Below, piece after piece: positions 20,101 through 29,757 of a stretch of 64,000 bases of DNA (position 1 is the stretch's first letter; every line of letters begins with the position of its first letter). This DNA is from a virus. Lineage: Duplodnaviria > Caudoviricetes. Both the position numbers and the translations under genes were made by a program. Where the stretch lies: positions 32,001 to 96,000 of the IMG/VR virus record IMGVR_UViG_3300048693_000367; one strand, written 5' to 3'. The notes under the pieces were generated by a model. It was given only the letters and a program-made list of their open reading frames with translations, had not been told where the DNA came from and made no database searches.

Positions 20101-20430
20101 TGGTGTTCTGGTTTAATAGAATTAGGATTAAATGCATTTGATAATAATCTTTGGGCAGCATGTGATTATGTAACATTGAATCAGGCGCACAAAGATCATC
20201 CCGAATCAAAGCTTGTGTTTGTTACCAAAATGAAGAATTTTGCTGGCAAATATTTTGATGGAGACGTAAGAAGACTAACTTATTGCATGAAAGATGTTTA
20301 TAATTGGAAGATTTATTGTGATTTATTTAATAGTTTCAAAAAGGTTGATTACACACAACTATCAGAAACAGAGGATAACACAGTCGGGATCGAGGAAATT
20401 AGTTGTGCCGGTGGCGCTTGTCTAATTTAA
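17161..20430 (+). CDS. nrdJ: Class II (B12-dependent) ribonucleotide reductase with intein
   Basis: RRETWKE, IYNC, SGGVRRSA, NP[intein]CVEI, GCNL, KPEGT, YPQAPF and C-terminal CAGGAC; no beta subunit nearby. Confidence 0.85.
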   Translation: MSALQELQNYTFVSKYARWLEDKSRRETWKEAVERVKNMMHTKYADFGISEEINWAYDMMYKKKVLGSQRALQFGGDPILKRHAKIYNCTSSYCDRLRFFQECFWLLLCGSGTGFSVQKHHVSKLPNLEHNPPEGEGTKYTIDDSIEGWADALGVLLSSYFSKPVEEFKKYKNTYVVFDYSNIRAKGSSLASGVGKAPGFEPLANGLEKIRALLDRCIVNGQKKLRPIDAYDIVMHSSDAVLSGGVRRSASLALFSPDDEEMAKAKTGNWYIDNPQRARSNNSALLLKNETTFEEFQVLMESVKEFGEPGFIWSESTEMIFNPCVVDDSTVVTDRGLQMVSDLINKGFNAIVDGISYPSYKGFWKTGTKQVIELEFKSGRTLKVTPNHKIMTTTGWKEAGSINFGESVVINNHRSYDYTANINFESQDWKKGYLLGLFLGDGNNSKSAAQLKWWGESKEQYRKDAYDMLSDVGFINNLHHDTQSTVAVYSSIESKQLMDFAISKNCMVGTSKKVTKESVCGSWSYISGLVAGYFDADGTVLVNNTKGSSLRISSVQLENLQNLQIALNSFGIYSKIYKNRRIEGERSMPDGRGGTKDYFCQASHELVISNDNIVRFAKYIPIKNTNKLEKIQTIVSNYKRMPNRTNFTDILINKVVVGELDVYDCTVENIHAFDNDGVYVHNCVEIGMWPIDEESGKSGWQGCNLSTINCSSVTDEEDFYERCKAAAIIGTLQAGFTKLAYLGDISEKIFEREALLGVSLTGTMEKHELVLTEKVLTKGAKIAVETNKSISEKININQAARVTCLKPEGTSSSMLGTSSGIHPHHAKRYIRHVQANILEAPYQHFKKLNPQACEKSSWSANNTDEVIKFPIEVPDGAKLKNQLPAVEMLSVVKETQKNWVNSGKNKALCTQDYLSHNVSNTVTVKPDEWNEVTKYIYDNRKYFAGISLIPQSGDKDYPQAPFTTVYTSREIVKEYGDAALWCSGLIELGLNAFDNNLWAACDYVTLNQAHKDHPESKLVFVTKMKNFAGKYFDGDVRRLTYCMKDVYNWKIYCDLFNSFKKVDYTQLSETEDNTVGIEEISCAGGACLI
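18130..19206 (+). mobile_element. Class 1 intein with LAGLIDADG endonuclease in NrdJ (359 aa)
   Basis: Begins CVVDD, block B TPNH, LLGLFLGDG and VAGYFDADG motifs, ends YVHN. The +1 residue is the active-site Cys of NPCxE. Confidence 0.9.
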
Positions 20431-20452
20431 CTCTATCCATAAAGGGTATACA

Positions 20453-21184
20453 TTGAGAAAAAAAACCAAAAATGCACAAAAGAAATCTAAAACTATTGAC
20501 CTTACAAACAATATTGTACAATCAGGACCATTCTATAGAAATAGATTAAGACCACGTACAGATAATCAAAAAGATTATATTCGTACCGTTTCAGAAAACC
20601 ATATTACTTTCTGTCAAGGTGTTGCCGGTAGCGGTAAAACACATATAGCAATAGGTATGGCTCTGGAATATCTATTAGAAGAAAAGGTTAAAAAAATAGT
20701 TATTACTAGACCAGTAGTTGAGTCCGGAGAAAAAATTGGTTATTTACCCGGTACAGCAGAAGAAAAGCTACATCCATACCTATTACCTCTCTTAGATGAA
20801 GTGAATCATTTTATAGCACCAGCACAGTATACTAGCTTAAAAACTAATAATAAAGTAGAAATTGTGCCACTAGGACTGATGAGAGGTCGTAATTTTCATG
20901 ATTGTTTTATTGTGGCTGACGAGTGTCAAAATGCTTCGTATGATCAATTAAAAATGTTATTGACAAGACTTGGTAATGGTAGTAAAATGGTATTGACAGG
21001 TGATGTCAGCCAATCAGATCTTCATAAGCATATGCAGGGTGGTTTTTACACCATGACTCAAGTATTAGATGGTGTTGATGGTATAGGTATTTCTTATTTA
21101 GATATGAAAGATATTGTGAGAAATCCTATTATCGGGAAAATTTTAGGACGATTGGACTCATACGAAAATGAACCTAAGTCATAG
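20453..21184 (+). CDS. phoH: PhoH-family ATPase
   Basis: GVAGSGKT, TRPVVE, GYLPG, MRGRNF, DECQN, LTRLG and GDVSQSD motifs. Confidence 0.92.
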   Translation: MRKKTKNAQKKSKTIDLTNNIVQSGPFYRNRLRPRTDNQKDYIRTVSENHITFCQGVAGSGKTHIAIGMALEYLLEEKVKKIVITRPVVESGEKIGYLPGTAEEKLHPYLLPLLDEVNHFIAPAQYTSLKTNNKVEIVPLGLMRGRNFHDCFIVADECQNASYDQLKMLLTRLGNGSKMVLTGDVSQSDLHKHMQGGFYTMTQVLDGVDGIGISYLDMKDIVRNPIIGKILGRLDSYENEPKS

Positions 21185-21749
21185 TAGATGTTTGGTACTT
21201 AATGCTGATTATACTCCTTTGACCATTATTAATTGGAAAAAAGCCTTTATTTGGTCTATGAGATATGAGCACGAAAAAAATAGTGTAGAAATTGTAGACT
21301 TTTATAAAAATGATTATATCATTGGTACTAACAATAAAAAATATCCAATCCCAGCAGTAGCCAAAACAAGAAAATATTTTAGGATCAATCTTCATAGTGT
21401 AAAATTTTCTCGTAAAAATCTATTTATTAGAGATAATCATACTTGTCAATATTGTAATAATATATTTGATACTACAGACTTAACATATGATCATGTGATA
21501 CCAAAATCTTTATGGAAGAGTCAAATAGGAACACCAACATGCTGGACTAATATAGTAACAGCGTGTGTGCATTGTAATAGCAAAAAGGGTAATCGTACAC
21601 CCAAACAGGCTAATATGCCACTTAAGACCATGCCTATTGTTCCACAAAAAAATTGTAAATACTTGCCCGTTACACACCACCTGTTTAAGATAAAGAAAGA
21701 CATTCCACAGGAATGGATGGTTTACCTACCGGAATCTTATTTAATATAA
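21168..21749 (+). CDS. HNH endonuclease (McrA-like)
   Basis: LVLNADY, RDNHTCQYC, TYDHVIP and WTNIVTACVHCNSKKG motifs. Confidence 0.85.
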   Translation: MNLSHSRCLVLNADYTPLTIINWKKAFIWSMRYEHEKNSVEIVDFYKNDYIIGTNNKKYPIPAVAKTRKYFRINLHSVKFSRKNLFIRDNHTCQYCNNIFDTTDLTYDHVIPKSLWKSQIGTPTCWTNIVTACVHCNSKKGNRTPKQANMPLKTMPIVPQKNCKYLPVTHHLFKIKKDIPQEWMVYLPESYLI

Positions 21750-22096
21750 TGCCAACATATTCTTATTTTTGTTCAGAATGTAATATTGATTTTGAATTAT
21801 TTTTTCATATAAAAGACTATACAGATAATCCAGCTTGTATAGACTGTGGTAAAAAAGAAACCCATAGACTATACTGTAAAGATGTTTCCACACAAATGGC
21901 ATCTGTTAAGAAATCTGATAGTGAATTAAAAACCATAGGCGATTTAGCAAATCGTAATCGAGATAGACTCAGCGATGATGAAAAAACATCACTATACGAA
22001 AAGCATAATTCTTATAAAGAACACAAAGAAGAAGCGCCTCTTCCAACGGGAATGTCACGAATGAAAAAAGGAGTCAAGACAATATGGCCGACCTAA
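21749..22096 (+). CDS. FmdB-family zinc ribbon protein
   Basis: MPTYSYFCSEC..FE...CIDCG. Confidence 0.75.
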   Translation: MPTYSYFCSECNIDFELFFHIKDYTDNPACIDCGKKETHRLYCKDVSTQMASVKKSDSELKTIGDLANRNRDRLSDDEKTSLYEKHNSYKEHKEEAPLPTGMSRMKKGVKTIWPT

Positions 22097-22479
22097 AGAA
22101 TGATCAATTTATATTTCATCAACAAAACACACCGCCAATAAATAGAATTAATAGTTATTATACTCTGTTGGGCGAACACGATTTTTTGGATACAGATAAT
22201 AAACCCAGGGCTAATGAAGAAAATAATGCCGTGGTAGCCAAGTCCGTACAAGTAGACAATAAGCCATTAAGATACTATATTAAAGTAGGAACATATGGGA
22301 AAATATATAATCCCATTGGCTTATATAGCGAAGGTCAAAATACAAAGTTCTTATCTAAAATTGGTAGAAAACAATTTGAATTTAAGGAAGTCAATAAACA
22401 AATTTTTGATTTGTATGTCAATTTCTTGGCAACAAAAAACTTAGCATGGTTAAATAATGCAGAAAGAGAGTTGAACTAA
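22084..22479 (+). CDS. Hypothetical protein
   Basis: SD AAGGAG; packed ORF. Confidence 0.6.
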   Translation: MADLKNDQFIFHQQNTPPINRINSYYTLLGEHDFLDTDNKPRANEENNAVVAKSVQVDNKPLRYYIKVGTYGKIYNPIGLYSEGQNTKFLSKIGRKQFEFKEVNKQIFDLYVNFLATKNLAWLNNAERELN

Positions 22480-22805
22480 TGGCCAGACTATCTAAAGACA
22501 CAGAGTATGCTATTAAATATTTACTTGAATCCCAAAAGATGGATCCAAAAGACGTAGCTAAAGAATTAGGAATTAAAATCACCACCGTCAACAAGTTTTT
22601 GCCAAAAGAAGAAACAAAAACAGCACCGGCTAAAACAGATAAGACAAAAGACCTCATGATCAGGCAAACATCAGCTAAAAAGAACAATACTGTTAGCATT
22701 ATGACCGAAGCAGCGTCACAACTATCTGATGAGTTTATGAAAACAGTACACTCTGAACAAGTAAAAAGAACTCAAGGATATATTTTCCGTCCAAAAGCAA
22801 ATTGA
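22479..22805 (+). CDS. Hypothetical protein with N-terminal HTH
   Basis: MDPKDVAKELGIKITTVNKFL. Confidence 0.55.
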   Translation: MARLSKDTEYAIKYLLESQKMDPKDVAKELGIKITTVNKFLPKEETKTAPAKTDKTKDLMIRQTSAKKNNTVSIMTEAASQLSDEFMKTVHSEQVKRTQGYIFRPKAN

Positions 22806-22806
22806 G

Positions 22807-23235
22807 ATGTCTGCTAAAAAATATCCATCGAAATATTCGAATGGCAAAAGTGTAACTTCTGCTCAGTATATCACAGAATTAATTTGTGAAAAATGGGCAA
22901 AAAAGGAAAAGAAAGATTTACACTATAGATTTTGGTTAACTCCAGAGTGGGAAAAATATTATCGTAACCAGATACCTTCTGCAAATGCATTATTAAAAAA
23001 ATACTCTGATACAGCGATTATTAGAGCATTGAATAATCCAAAAACAGAAAGAATATACTCACTGCGAGCACCACACCTTCCCGCTATCATAGAACAAGAG
23101 CAGAGACATATAGAGACAGAGAATCAAACCCTGTCTAAGGTTTATGAAAGACCAGAGAATGTATCATTTGGTCACACGCCACCAATCAAACGTAATATTA
23201 TTTCAAAATTAAAGGATCTAGATAATGAGTCTTAA
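22807..23235 (+). CDS. Hypothetical protein
   Basis: Packed ORF upstream of recA. Confidence 0.6.
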   Translation: MSAKKYPSKYSNGKSVTSAQYITELICEKWAKKEKKDLHYRFWLTPEWEKYYRNQIPSANALLKKYSDTAIIRALNNPKTERIYSLRAPHLPAIIEQEQRHIETENQTLSKVYERPENVSFGHTPPIKRNIISKLKDLDNES

Positions 23236-25261
23236 AGAAGATGTTGTAAAAAACTTTGGCGATGATATTATTCTTACTGGCAATGCTATTGTTGATCGCA
23301 AGAGTATAATTATTCCGGTTAGCCCATCATTAGACATAGTATTAAATGGCGGTATACCAGAAGGTAGTTTCGTTGTACTAACAGGTCAACCAAAATGTGG
23401 TAAAGATTTAGCAATTAGCGAAACAGTTTATACTCCAAACGGTCCAATAAAAATGGGCGATATAAAAGTTGGAGATATTGTATGCAACGCTAGTGGCGGA
23501 ACGTCGAGGGTCATAGGTGTTTATCCTCAAGGCAAAAAAGATGTCTATAAAGTCACCTTTAATGATGGAACAACGTCGTTGTGCGGACTTGAGCATAACT
23601 GGACAGTATCTCGAAATAATAGAAACACAAAATATTTTACCATCACACTACAAGAAATTATAAAAGAAGGATTATATTATAGCGATAGACCAAAATGGAA
23701 AATTCCAATAACTAAACCTGTTTATTTTAAGCAAAAAAATAAGCTATCGATAGATCCTTATATATTAGGATGTCTACTTGGTGATGGTGGCTTAACACAA
23801 AAAACTCCTAGATTTACAACATCAGATAAATTTATAGCTAAAAAATTTCAAAGGTTTTGTCAAAATAGAGGATTGTTTTTTAAGCATATTAGTAAGTATG
23901 ATTATAGTATAAACGGAAATGTCGAATCTAGTACTCTTGTCAAAAACACACTAACAAAAGACCTAAAAAAAATGGGACTTATGGGAAAATCTTCCCACAC
24001 AAAGTTCATACCCACATCATACAAATATGCGTCTATTCAAAATAGATTAAATCTTATCAAAGGACTCATGGACACAGATGGACATAACGATCATGGAAAA
24101 AGAGCAGAATATACCTCTACCTCTACTCGTTTAATAAAAGATGTGAAAGAAGTCTTAGAAAGTTTAGGATACTCTGTTGCCACTAAACAAAGAACAACCC
24201 GATGCAATAATAAATCATTTATATCATATAGATTATATATTCATGGAGATGACATAGATAGGCTTTTTTCGTTGCCCAGAAAAATCAGTGGACATAAAAG
24301 ACAAAAGCCAATATTACATAGAACCATTAAAAATATTGAAAAAATGCAACCAGTATTGACCCAGTGTATAGAATTAGATTCTTGCGATGGATTATTTTTA
24401 ACTAATAATTTTATTGTAACACACAATACAACAACATCTTTAGATTTTGCCGCAACCGCTCAAAGACCAGAGTATCAGGGCGGATTAAAAACTCCACGCG
24501 AAGTGTACTACCTAAACATTGAAGGTAGACTGAAGAAGCGAGACTTAGAAGGAATACCAGGACTTAATCTAGATAGATTTCATGTTATTGGTAGTCAACA
24601 AGGTAAGATTTTACACGCAGAAGAATATTTACAGATTGCAGAAAAAATTATTAATGAAATTCCAGGATCAGTTCTTATCATAGACTCTTATTCCGCTTTG
24701 TGTACAGAAGCAGAAATTACCAGTGAAATGGATAAAATGCAAAGAGCAGATGGTGCTAAGTTGCTTGCCAAGTTTTGTCGTAAGGTTGCTAATGTTATTC
24801 CAGTAAATAAAAATATTGTTATTGGCATCACGCACTTAATGGGTAATCCAACCGGATATGGTGCAGAATTTAAGGAGAAGAGTGGGCAGGCCATTGCTTA
24901 TCAGACAGATATTAAACTTAGAGCAAAAACATTCAAGCCTTGGACTCTTAGTGCCGATAGTACACAAATAGGACAAGAGATCGAGTGGCAAGTTATATGC
25001 TCTGCTTTAGGGCCACCGGGAGGCAATATTACTAGTTATATTCGATATGGTCAGGGTGTTGACAAATACATGGAAGCTATTACACTGGCTTCTGATATGG
25101 GCATCATCCACAAAGGAGGCGCTTGGTATACTCTAACATCTTTAGAAGATAAGCCTAAATTTCAAGGAGCAGAAAAAGTTAGGCAATATCTATTAGAAAA
25201 TACCGATGCTTATAATGGTCTGGTAAAATCGATTAAAGAAACCATGGGCGTTAAATGCTGA
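23225..25261 (+). CDS. recA: RecA/UvsX-like recombinase with intein in Walker A
   Basis: SLDIVLNGGIPEG, GQPKCGK[intein]TT, YLNIEGR, IIDSYSAL and KGGAWY motifs. Confidence 0.85.
   Translation: MSLKEDVVKNFGDDIILTGNAIVDRKSIIIPVSPSLDIVLNGGIPEGSFVVLTGQPKCGKDLAISETVYTPNGPIKMGDIKVGDIVCNASGGTSRVIGVYPQGKKDVYKVTFNDGTTSLCGLEHNWTVSRNNRNTKYFTITLQEIIKEGLYYSDRPKWKIPITKPVYFKQKNKLSIDPYILGCLLGDGGLTQKTPRFTTSDKFIAKKFQRFCQNRGLFFKHISKYDYSINGNVESSTLVKNTLTKDLKKMGLMGKSSHTKFIPTSYKYASIQNRLNLIKGLMDTDGHNDHGKRAEYTSTSTRLIKDVKEVLESLGYSVATKQRTTRCNNKSFISYRLYIHGDDIDRLFSLPRKISGHKRQKPILHRTIKNIEKMQPVLTQCIELDSCDGLFLTNNFIVTHNTTTSLDFAATAQRPEYQGGLKTPREVYYLNIEGRLKKRDLEGIPGLNLDRFHVIGSQQGKILHAEEYLQIAEKIINEIPGSVLIIDSYSALCTEAEITSEMDKMQRADGAKLLAKFCRKVANVIPVNKNIVIGITHLMGNPTGYGAEFKEKSGQAIAYQTDIKLRAKTFKPWTLSADSTQIGQEIEWQVICSALGPPGGNITSYIRYGQGVDKYMEAITLASDMGIIHKGGAWYTLTSLEDKPKFQGAEKVRQYLLENTDAYNGLVKSIKETMGVKC
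23405..24427 (+). mobile_element. Class 3-type intein (Asp start, WCT triplet) with LAGLIDADG endonuclease (341 aa)
   Basis: Starts DLAISETVYTPNG; EHNW (Trp), TQCIEL (Cys), IVTHN (Thr); ILGCLLGDG and IKGLMDTDG motifs; +1 Thr. Confidence 0.85.
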
Positions 25262-25662
25262 TTAAAGATTTAGATGGTAATAGTCATAATTGGTTATTAA
25301 CCGGTAATATGGCTAAAGGAAAAATTGTCAATAGATCATCATATCATTTAGCTGCCAGAGCCGCTATAATTAGTATATTTCCAACACTACAGGTATTAGA
25401 AGAAGTTCCAATTCCACTACGCAAAAGTGAAACGCTGTATCTAGATTTTTATTTGCCGCTAAAAAAGATATGCTTTGAAGTTCATGGGGAACAACATTAT
25501 AAATTTATACCATTCTATCACACTACTGTTTTAAACTTTCTCAAAGCCCAAAAGAGAGATAAAGAAAAACAAGAGTGGTGTGAACTGAATAATATACAAT
25601 ATGTTGCATTGTCTTATAATGAATCCGAAGAAGTATGGAGAGAAAAGATCAATAATGCTTAA
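25255..25662 (+). CDS. Vsr/DUF559-like endonuclease
   Basis: LEEVP, LDFYLP..ICFEVHGEQHY and RD..K..WC motifs. Confidence 0.7.
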   Translation: MLIKDLDGNSHNWLLTGNMAKGKIVNRSSYHLAARAAIISIFPTLQVLEEVPIPLRKSETLYLDFYLPLKKICFEVHGEQHYKFIPFYHTTVLNFLKAQKRDKEKQEWCELNNIQYVALSYNESEEVWREKINNA

Positions 25663-26143
25663 AACATCCAAAGAAGAAATAAAATACTGGGATGATATCC
25701 TTGATGAATATGAGCAATCTGTAGGATTACCATCTTATAAAGATGATAGTATGTCATCAGATGAACTTAATCAATATTTAACTATGAATAGAGATTCAAT
25801 AGAAAAGCTAGGACCAGAAGACTGTGCCCAAATAGCATACCGACTTGCACAGTATTCTTTTCATATTCAAAGAACAATCAATAGAGAAATTGCAAGATAT
25901 AATTGGGCTGATGAAACTATTAAAGAAACTATAGCGGATGAAATTAATAATTATAAGGGTTATGGTTATGTGGAAAAGTCTGGACAGGCTATAAAGCATA
26001 ATGACAAAGCTCAGTCATTGAATAATATAAAAAAGTATGCTAAACAAAGATCGGACAGATTGTCTTATTTAGCTAATGGTATTAAAAATCTATCAGATAT
26101 AATATTATCTGTACAAAAAACAAAGGTGAAACATGGGTCTTGA
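25655..26143 (+). CDS. Helical hypothetical protein (possibly UvsY-like mediator)
   Basis: Coiled-coil character and position between recA and dnaB; function is a guess. Confidence 0.4.
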   Translation: MLKTSKEEIKYWDDILDEYEQSVGLPSYKDDSMSSDELNQYLTMNRDSIEKLGPEDCAQIAYRLAQYSFHIQRTINREIARYNWADETIKETIADEINNYKGYGYVEKSGQAIKHNDKAQSLNNIKKYAKQRSDRLSYLANGIKNLSDIILSVQKTKVKHGS

Positions 26144-26489
26144 TAATGATGATATCAAAGCTCTAATAGCTATTCTACAAAAAGGACTTACTGATGGTGA
26201 AACATCAGAGTCTGGTCCCGTTAAGCGTACTACGAAGCCAAAGGTTACCAAGCCTAAAGTTAGAAAAACAACTAACAAATTTGAAAAAATGGCTGAATTT
26301 AATATGTGTAAAGAGGATGTGGAAATTGATAAAAAAATTAGAAAGCCACCGCCATCTGCTAGAAATAGACCGTTTGATCTTGTAAAAGTACGGTGTCGTA
26401 TTTGTGGAAAAAAAGAAAAAGTTGCACCATCACTGGTTGAATCCCATGATAGATATAAGTGCAACAAGTGTTCAACAGGAGCAGGCTGA
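26133..26489 (+). CDS. Hypothetical protein with C-terminal zinc ribbon
   Basis: CRICG...YKCNKC. Confidence 0.6.
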   Translation: MGLDNDDIKALIAILQKGLTDGETSESGPVKRTTKPKVTKPKVRKTTNKFEKMAEFNMCKEDVEIDKKIRKPPPSARNRPFDLVKVRCRICGKKEKVAPSLVESHDRYKCNKCSTGAG

Positions 26490-27943
26490 TGATTTTGTGT
26501 GATCCCGCCGCAGAAAGAGCGGTATTGGCTGGCATATGTACATACGGCGAAAACGCTTATTTAGATGTGGCTGATATTGTACAAGAAACCTCTTTTACTA
26601 TTGATAGCAATAGTATTATATTTAAGTGTGTAAAAACACTTTGCGAAAACCATCAGAATACTATTGATATAGCGTCAATATATTCTGTGTCTCAAGAGTT
26701 GGGCGTTTCTCATATTCTATCCAAGAAAGAAGAAACACAACATCTTAAGGCTATTATGGATTTTCCAGTTAGCCTTGATAATGTTCGCAAGTTTGCTGCT
26801 AAAATTCGTAAGCTAGAAATAGCTAGATTATTACGTAAACAGTTGGAAACAACTCAGGATAAAATTCTTGAGATCACAGGCAATGAACCAATAGCGTCAA
26901 TTATTGGAATAGCAGAAGATAGTATTTTTAATTTTACGTCTCTGTTAAATGATGCTGATGACAAGCCCGTATCTATAGGATCCGACATAGAAGAATATGT
27001 CAAAAATCTTGAAGAAAATAAAACAGATCAAGTTGGTATTCCAACCGGCTTTCCTATCTATGATCAAGCCATAGGTGGCGGTTTGCGTAAAGGAACAATC
27101 AATGTTATTGGTGCTAGACCAAAAACCGGTAAAACCTTATTGTCAGATAATATGGGTTTCCATATTGCCAATAAATTAGGCTTGCCAGTACTCAATATGG
27201 ATACAGAAATGAACAAGGAAGATCATATAAATAGAGTACTTGCTATGATGACAGAAATAGAAATTAATAGTATTGAAACCGGCAAGTTTGCGGAATCACC
27301 AGATAAAAAGAATAAAATTAATAATGCTGTCAAGTCTTTAAAGGACACAAAATTATTTTATAAAACTATCGCCGGTAAACCATTTGAAGATCAATTAGCA
27401 ATTATGCGACGATGGTTAGTAAAAGAAGTAGGATTAAACGACGATGGTACAGCAAAAGATTGTGTAATATTTTACGACTATTTGAAACTCATGGATAGTG
27501 CTGGTATTAATCAAGATCTAAAAGAATATCAAGTTCTTGGATTTATGATGACCAGTTTACATAATTTTGCAGTTAGGTACAAGGTGCCTATTGTTGCTTT
27601 TATCCAATTAAATCGTGACGGTATCACAAAAGAAAGTACAGACTCGGCAAGCGGATCTGATAGAATTATTTGGTTATGTAGTAATTTTAGTATCTTCAAG
27701 CGTAAAAGCGATGAAGAAATTGCAGAAGATGGTCCAGATAATGGTAATAGAAAACTATTGCCTCTAGTAAGCCGCCACGGCGGAGGTCTTGATGATAACG
27801 ACTATATTAACTGCAACATGAAGGGATGGTGCGCTAAAATCACAGAAGGTAAAACACATCTTGAAATTAAAAACAATTCTAAATCTGAGAGCGAGGGCTT
27901 CGTAATCGATGACGATGACAATGACCAAATCCCATTTGAATGA
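26489..27943 (+). CDS. dnaB: Replicative DNA helicase
   Basis: AERAVL, GIPTGF, GARPKTGKT, DTEM, FYDYLKLM, IQLNR and SGSDRI motifs. Confidence 0.9.
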   Translation: MILCDPAAERAVLAGICTYGENAYLDVADIVQETSFTIDSNSIIFKCVKTLCENHQNTIDIASIYSVSQELGVSHILSKKEETQHLKAIMDFPVSLDNVRKFAAKIRKLEIARLLRKQLETTQDKILEITGNEPIASIIGIAEDSIFNFTSLLNDADDKPVSIGSDIEEYVKNLEENKTDQVGIPTGFPIYDQAIGGGLRKGTINVIGARPKTGKTLLSDNMGFHIANKLGLPVLNMDTEMNKEDHINRVLAMMTEIEINSIETGKFAESPDKKNKINNAVKSLKDTKLFYKTIAGKPFEDQLAIMRRWLVKEVGLNDDGTAKDCVIFYDYLKLMDSAGINQDLKEYQVLGFMMTSLHNFAVRYKVPIVAFIQLNRDGITKESTDSASGSDRIIWLCSNFSIFKRKSDEEIAEDGPDNGNRKLLPLVSRHGGGLDDNDYINCNMKGWCAKITEGKTHLEIKNNSKSESEGFVIDDDDNDQIPFE

Positions 27944-29063
27944 TCAGGCTAAACTAAAAATAGTATGTGATGAGGTGTGTGATAACATCGAAACGTTACT
28001 AGATTCTTTTGGTTTAGACTATAAATTCAATAATAAGATGATCACAATGCCATGTCCAATTCATGGTGGAGATAATGTATCCGCTCTTAATCTATATCCA
28101 GAAGGAGATAGTTATAGAGGAAATTGGAAATGTAGAACACATAATTGCGAAAAGATCTTTAAAGGATCCGTTATAGGTTTTATCAGAGGAGTCATATCTA
28201 ATCAAAAATATAATTGGAAGGAATCTGGCGATGAAACATGCTCCTTCAAAGAAGCTGTAGAATATGCTACATCTTTTATTAACAAAGACCTAAGTAGTAT
28301 TAAAATTAGTCGAAAAGAAAGAGAAAAGAAACAGTTTACTGCTGTGGTAGGTTATCTTAATAAAGATCAAACCACATCATTATCCAAAGTCACTAGACAA
28401 CAAATCATTAAGTCTTTGAATATTCCAGCACAATATTATTTGGATCGTAAATATTCTAAAGATATTTTGATGAAATATGATGTTGGTATGTGCGAAAAAG
28501 AAGGTAAAGAAATGTACAACAGAATAGTTGTGCCTATTTATGATAATGACCATAAATATATGGTAGGTTGTACTGGTCGTAGTATTTATGAAAAATGTCC
28601 ATCATGCAAAGGTTTTCACAATCCGTCTCATAGTTGTCCAAATAAGGATGATGTGTGGAAATTTTCAAAATGGAAGCATAATGCTGATTTTAAAAGCCAA
28701 AACCATCTTTACAACTTCTGGTTTGCTAAAGAACATATACTAAAATCAGGAATTGCTATTATAGTTGAAAGTCCTGGTAATGTATGGAGACTAGAAGAAA
28801 ATGGTATACATAATAGCGTAGCAATGTTCGGATCTTCTCTTAGCGACAGACAGAAAATTTTATTGGATTCTTCTGGCGCTATGAGTCTTATCGTTCTAAC
28901 AGATAATGATGAGGCTGGACGTAAAGCAGCAGATCAAATTAAGCATAAGTGCCAAAATACTTATCGTATATTTATACCACCAATTAGTGCATCAGACGTT
29001 GGAGAGATGACATCAGAACAAATTAATAATGAAATTAAAACCTACTTAGAAAGTATTGTATGA
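27921..29063 (+). CDS. dnaG: DNA primase (CHC2 zinc finger plus TOPRIM)
   Basis: CPIHGGDN..WKCRTHNC, NRIVVPI, GCTGR, IVESPGN and TDNDEAG motifs. Confidence 0.85.
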   Translation: MTKSHLNDQAKLKIVCDEVCDNIETLLDSFGLDYKFNNKMITMPCPIHGGDNVSALNLYPEGDSYRGNWKCRTHNCEKIFKGSVIGFIRGVISNQKYNWKESGDETCSFKEAVEYATSFINKDLSSIKISRKEREKKQFTAVVGYLNKDQTTSLSKVTRQQIIKSLNIPAQYYLDRKYSKDILMKYDVGMCEKEGKEMYNRIVVPIYDNDHKYMVGCTGRSIYEKCPSCKGFHNPSHSCPNKDDVWKFSKWKHNADFKSQNHLYNFWFAKEHILKSGIAIIVESPGNVWRLEENGIHNSVAMFGSSLSDRQKILLDSSGAMSLIVLTDNDEAGRKAADQIKHKCQNTYRIFIPPISASDVGEMTSEQINNEIKTYLESIV

Positions 29064-29701
29064 CAAAAATCTTAGCATTTTCTGGCAGAAAACAATCTGG
29101 AAAAAGTACTTCCGGGGAATTTGTAGAAAACTTTATTAAGCAAAATTTCCTACCAATTTCTTGCAAGCTATATAGTTTTGCTGATCCATTAAAGCAAGAT
29201 ATCTGTATGAATCTGCTAGGATTAACATACGAGCAATGTTATGGTACAGATGACGACAAGAATACATTGACACATATACGTTGGTCTGATATGCCAATAG
29301 AGATTCAGCAAAGACACCATAATGACACGGTGGTTAATGACTACTTAACATCAAGACAGGTTATGGAGGTCGTTGGCACAGAAATCTTTCGTAAAATGTA
29401 TGGTAATATTTGGGTGGACGCTACTATATCGAAAATATACAGAGAGGAATATGATTTAGCTATCATTTTAGATAATCGCTTTCCTAATGAGGTAAATAGC
29501 GTATTAGATAATAATGGAATAGTTATCAGACTAACCAAAGACATATTCAACTCAAACTCTGAACCAGAACGAGCATTAGATCCAGATAATTATGATTGGA
29601 GTAAATTTACTCTGGTATTAGATAACTCTAATATGACGCTCGAACAAAAAAACAACGCAATTCTTACTTTTCTTCAAAATCAAGGAATACTACCATTATA
29701 A
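29060..29701 (+). CDS. Deoxynucleoside monophosphate kinase
   Basis: SGRKQSGKST P-loop, SFADPLK, R..M..VGTEIFR and DNRFPNE motifs. Confidence 0.85.
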   Translation: MTKILAFSGRKQSGKSTSGEFVENFIKQNFLPISCKLYSFADPLKQDICMNLLGLTYEQCYGTDDDKNTLTHIRWSDMPIEIQQRHHNDTVVNDYLTSRQVMEVVGTEIFRKMYGNIWVDATISKIYREEYDLAIILDNRFPNEVNSVLDNNGIVIRLTKDIFNSNSEPERALDPDNYDWSKFTLVLDNSNMTLEQKNNAILTFLQNQGILPL

Positions 29702-29757
29702 ATGATGTGTCTATAATATCTTTGGTGTATATCATATAGAACACAAAAGGATTGTTT

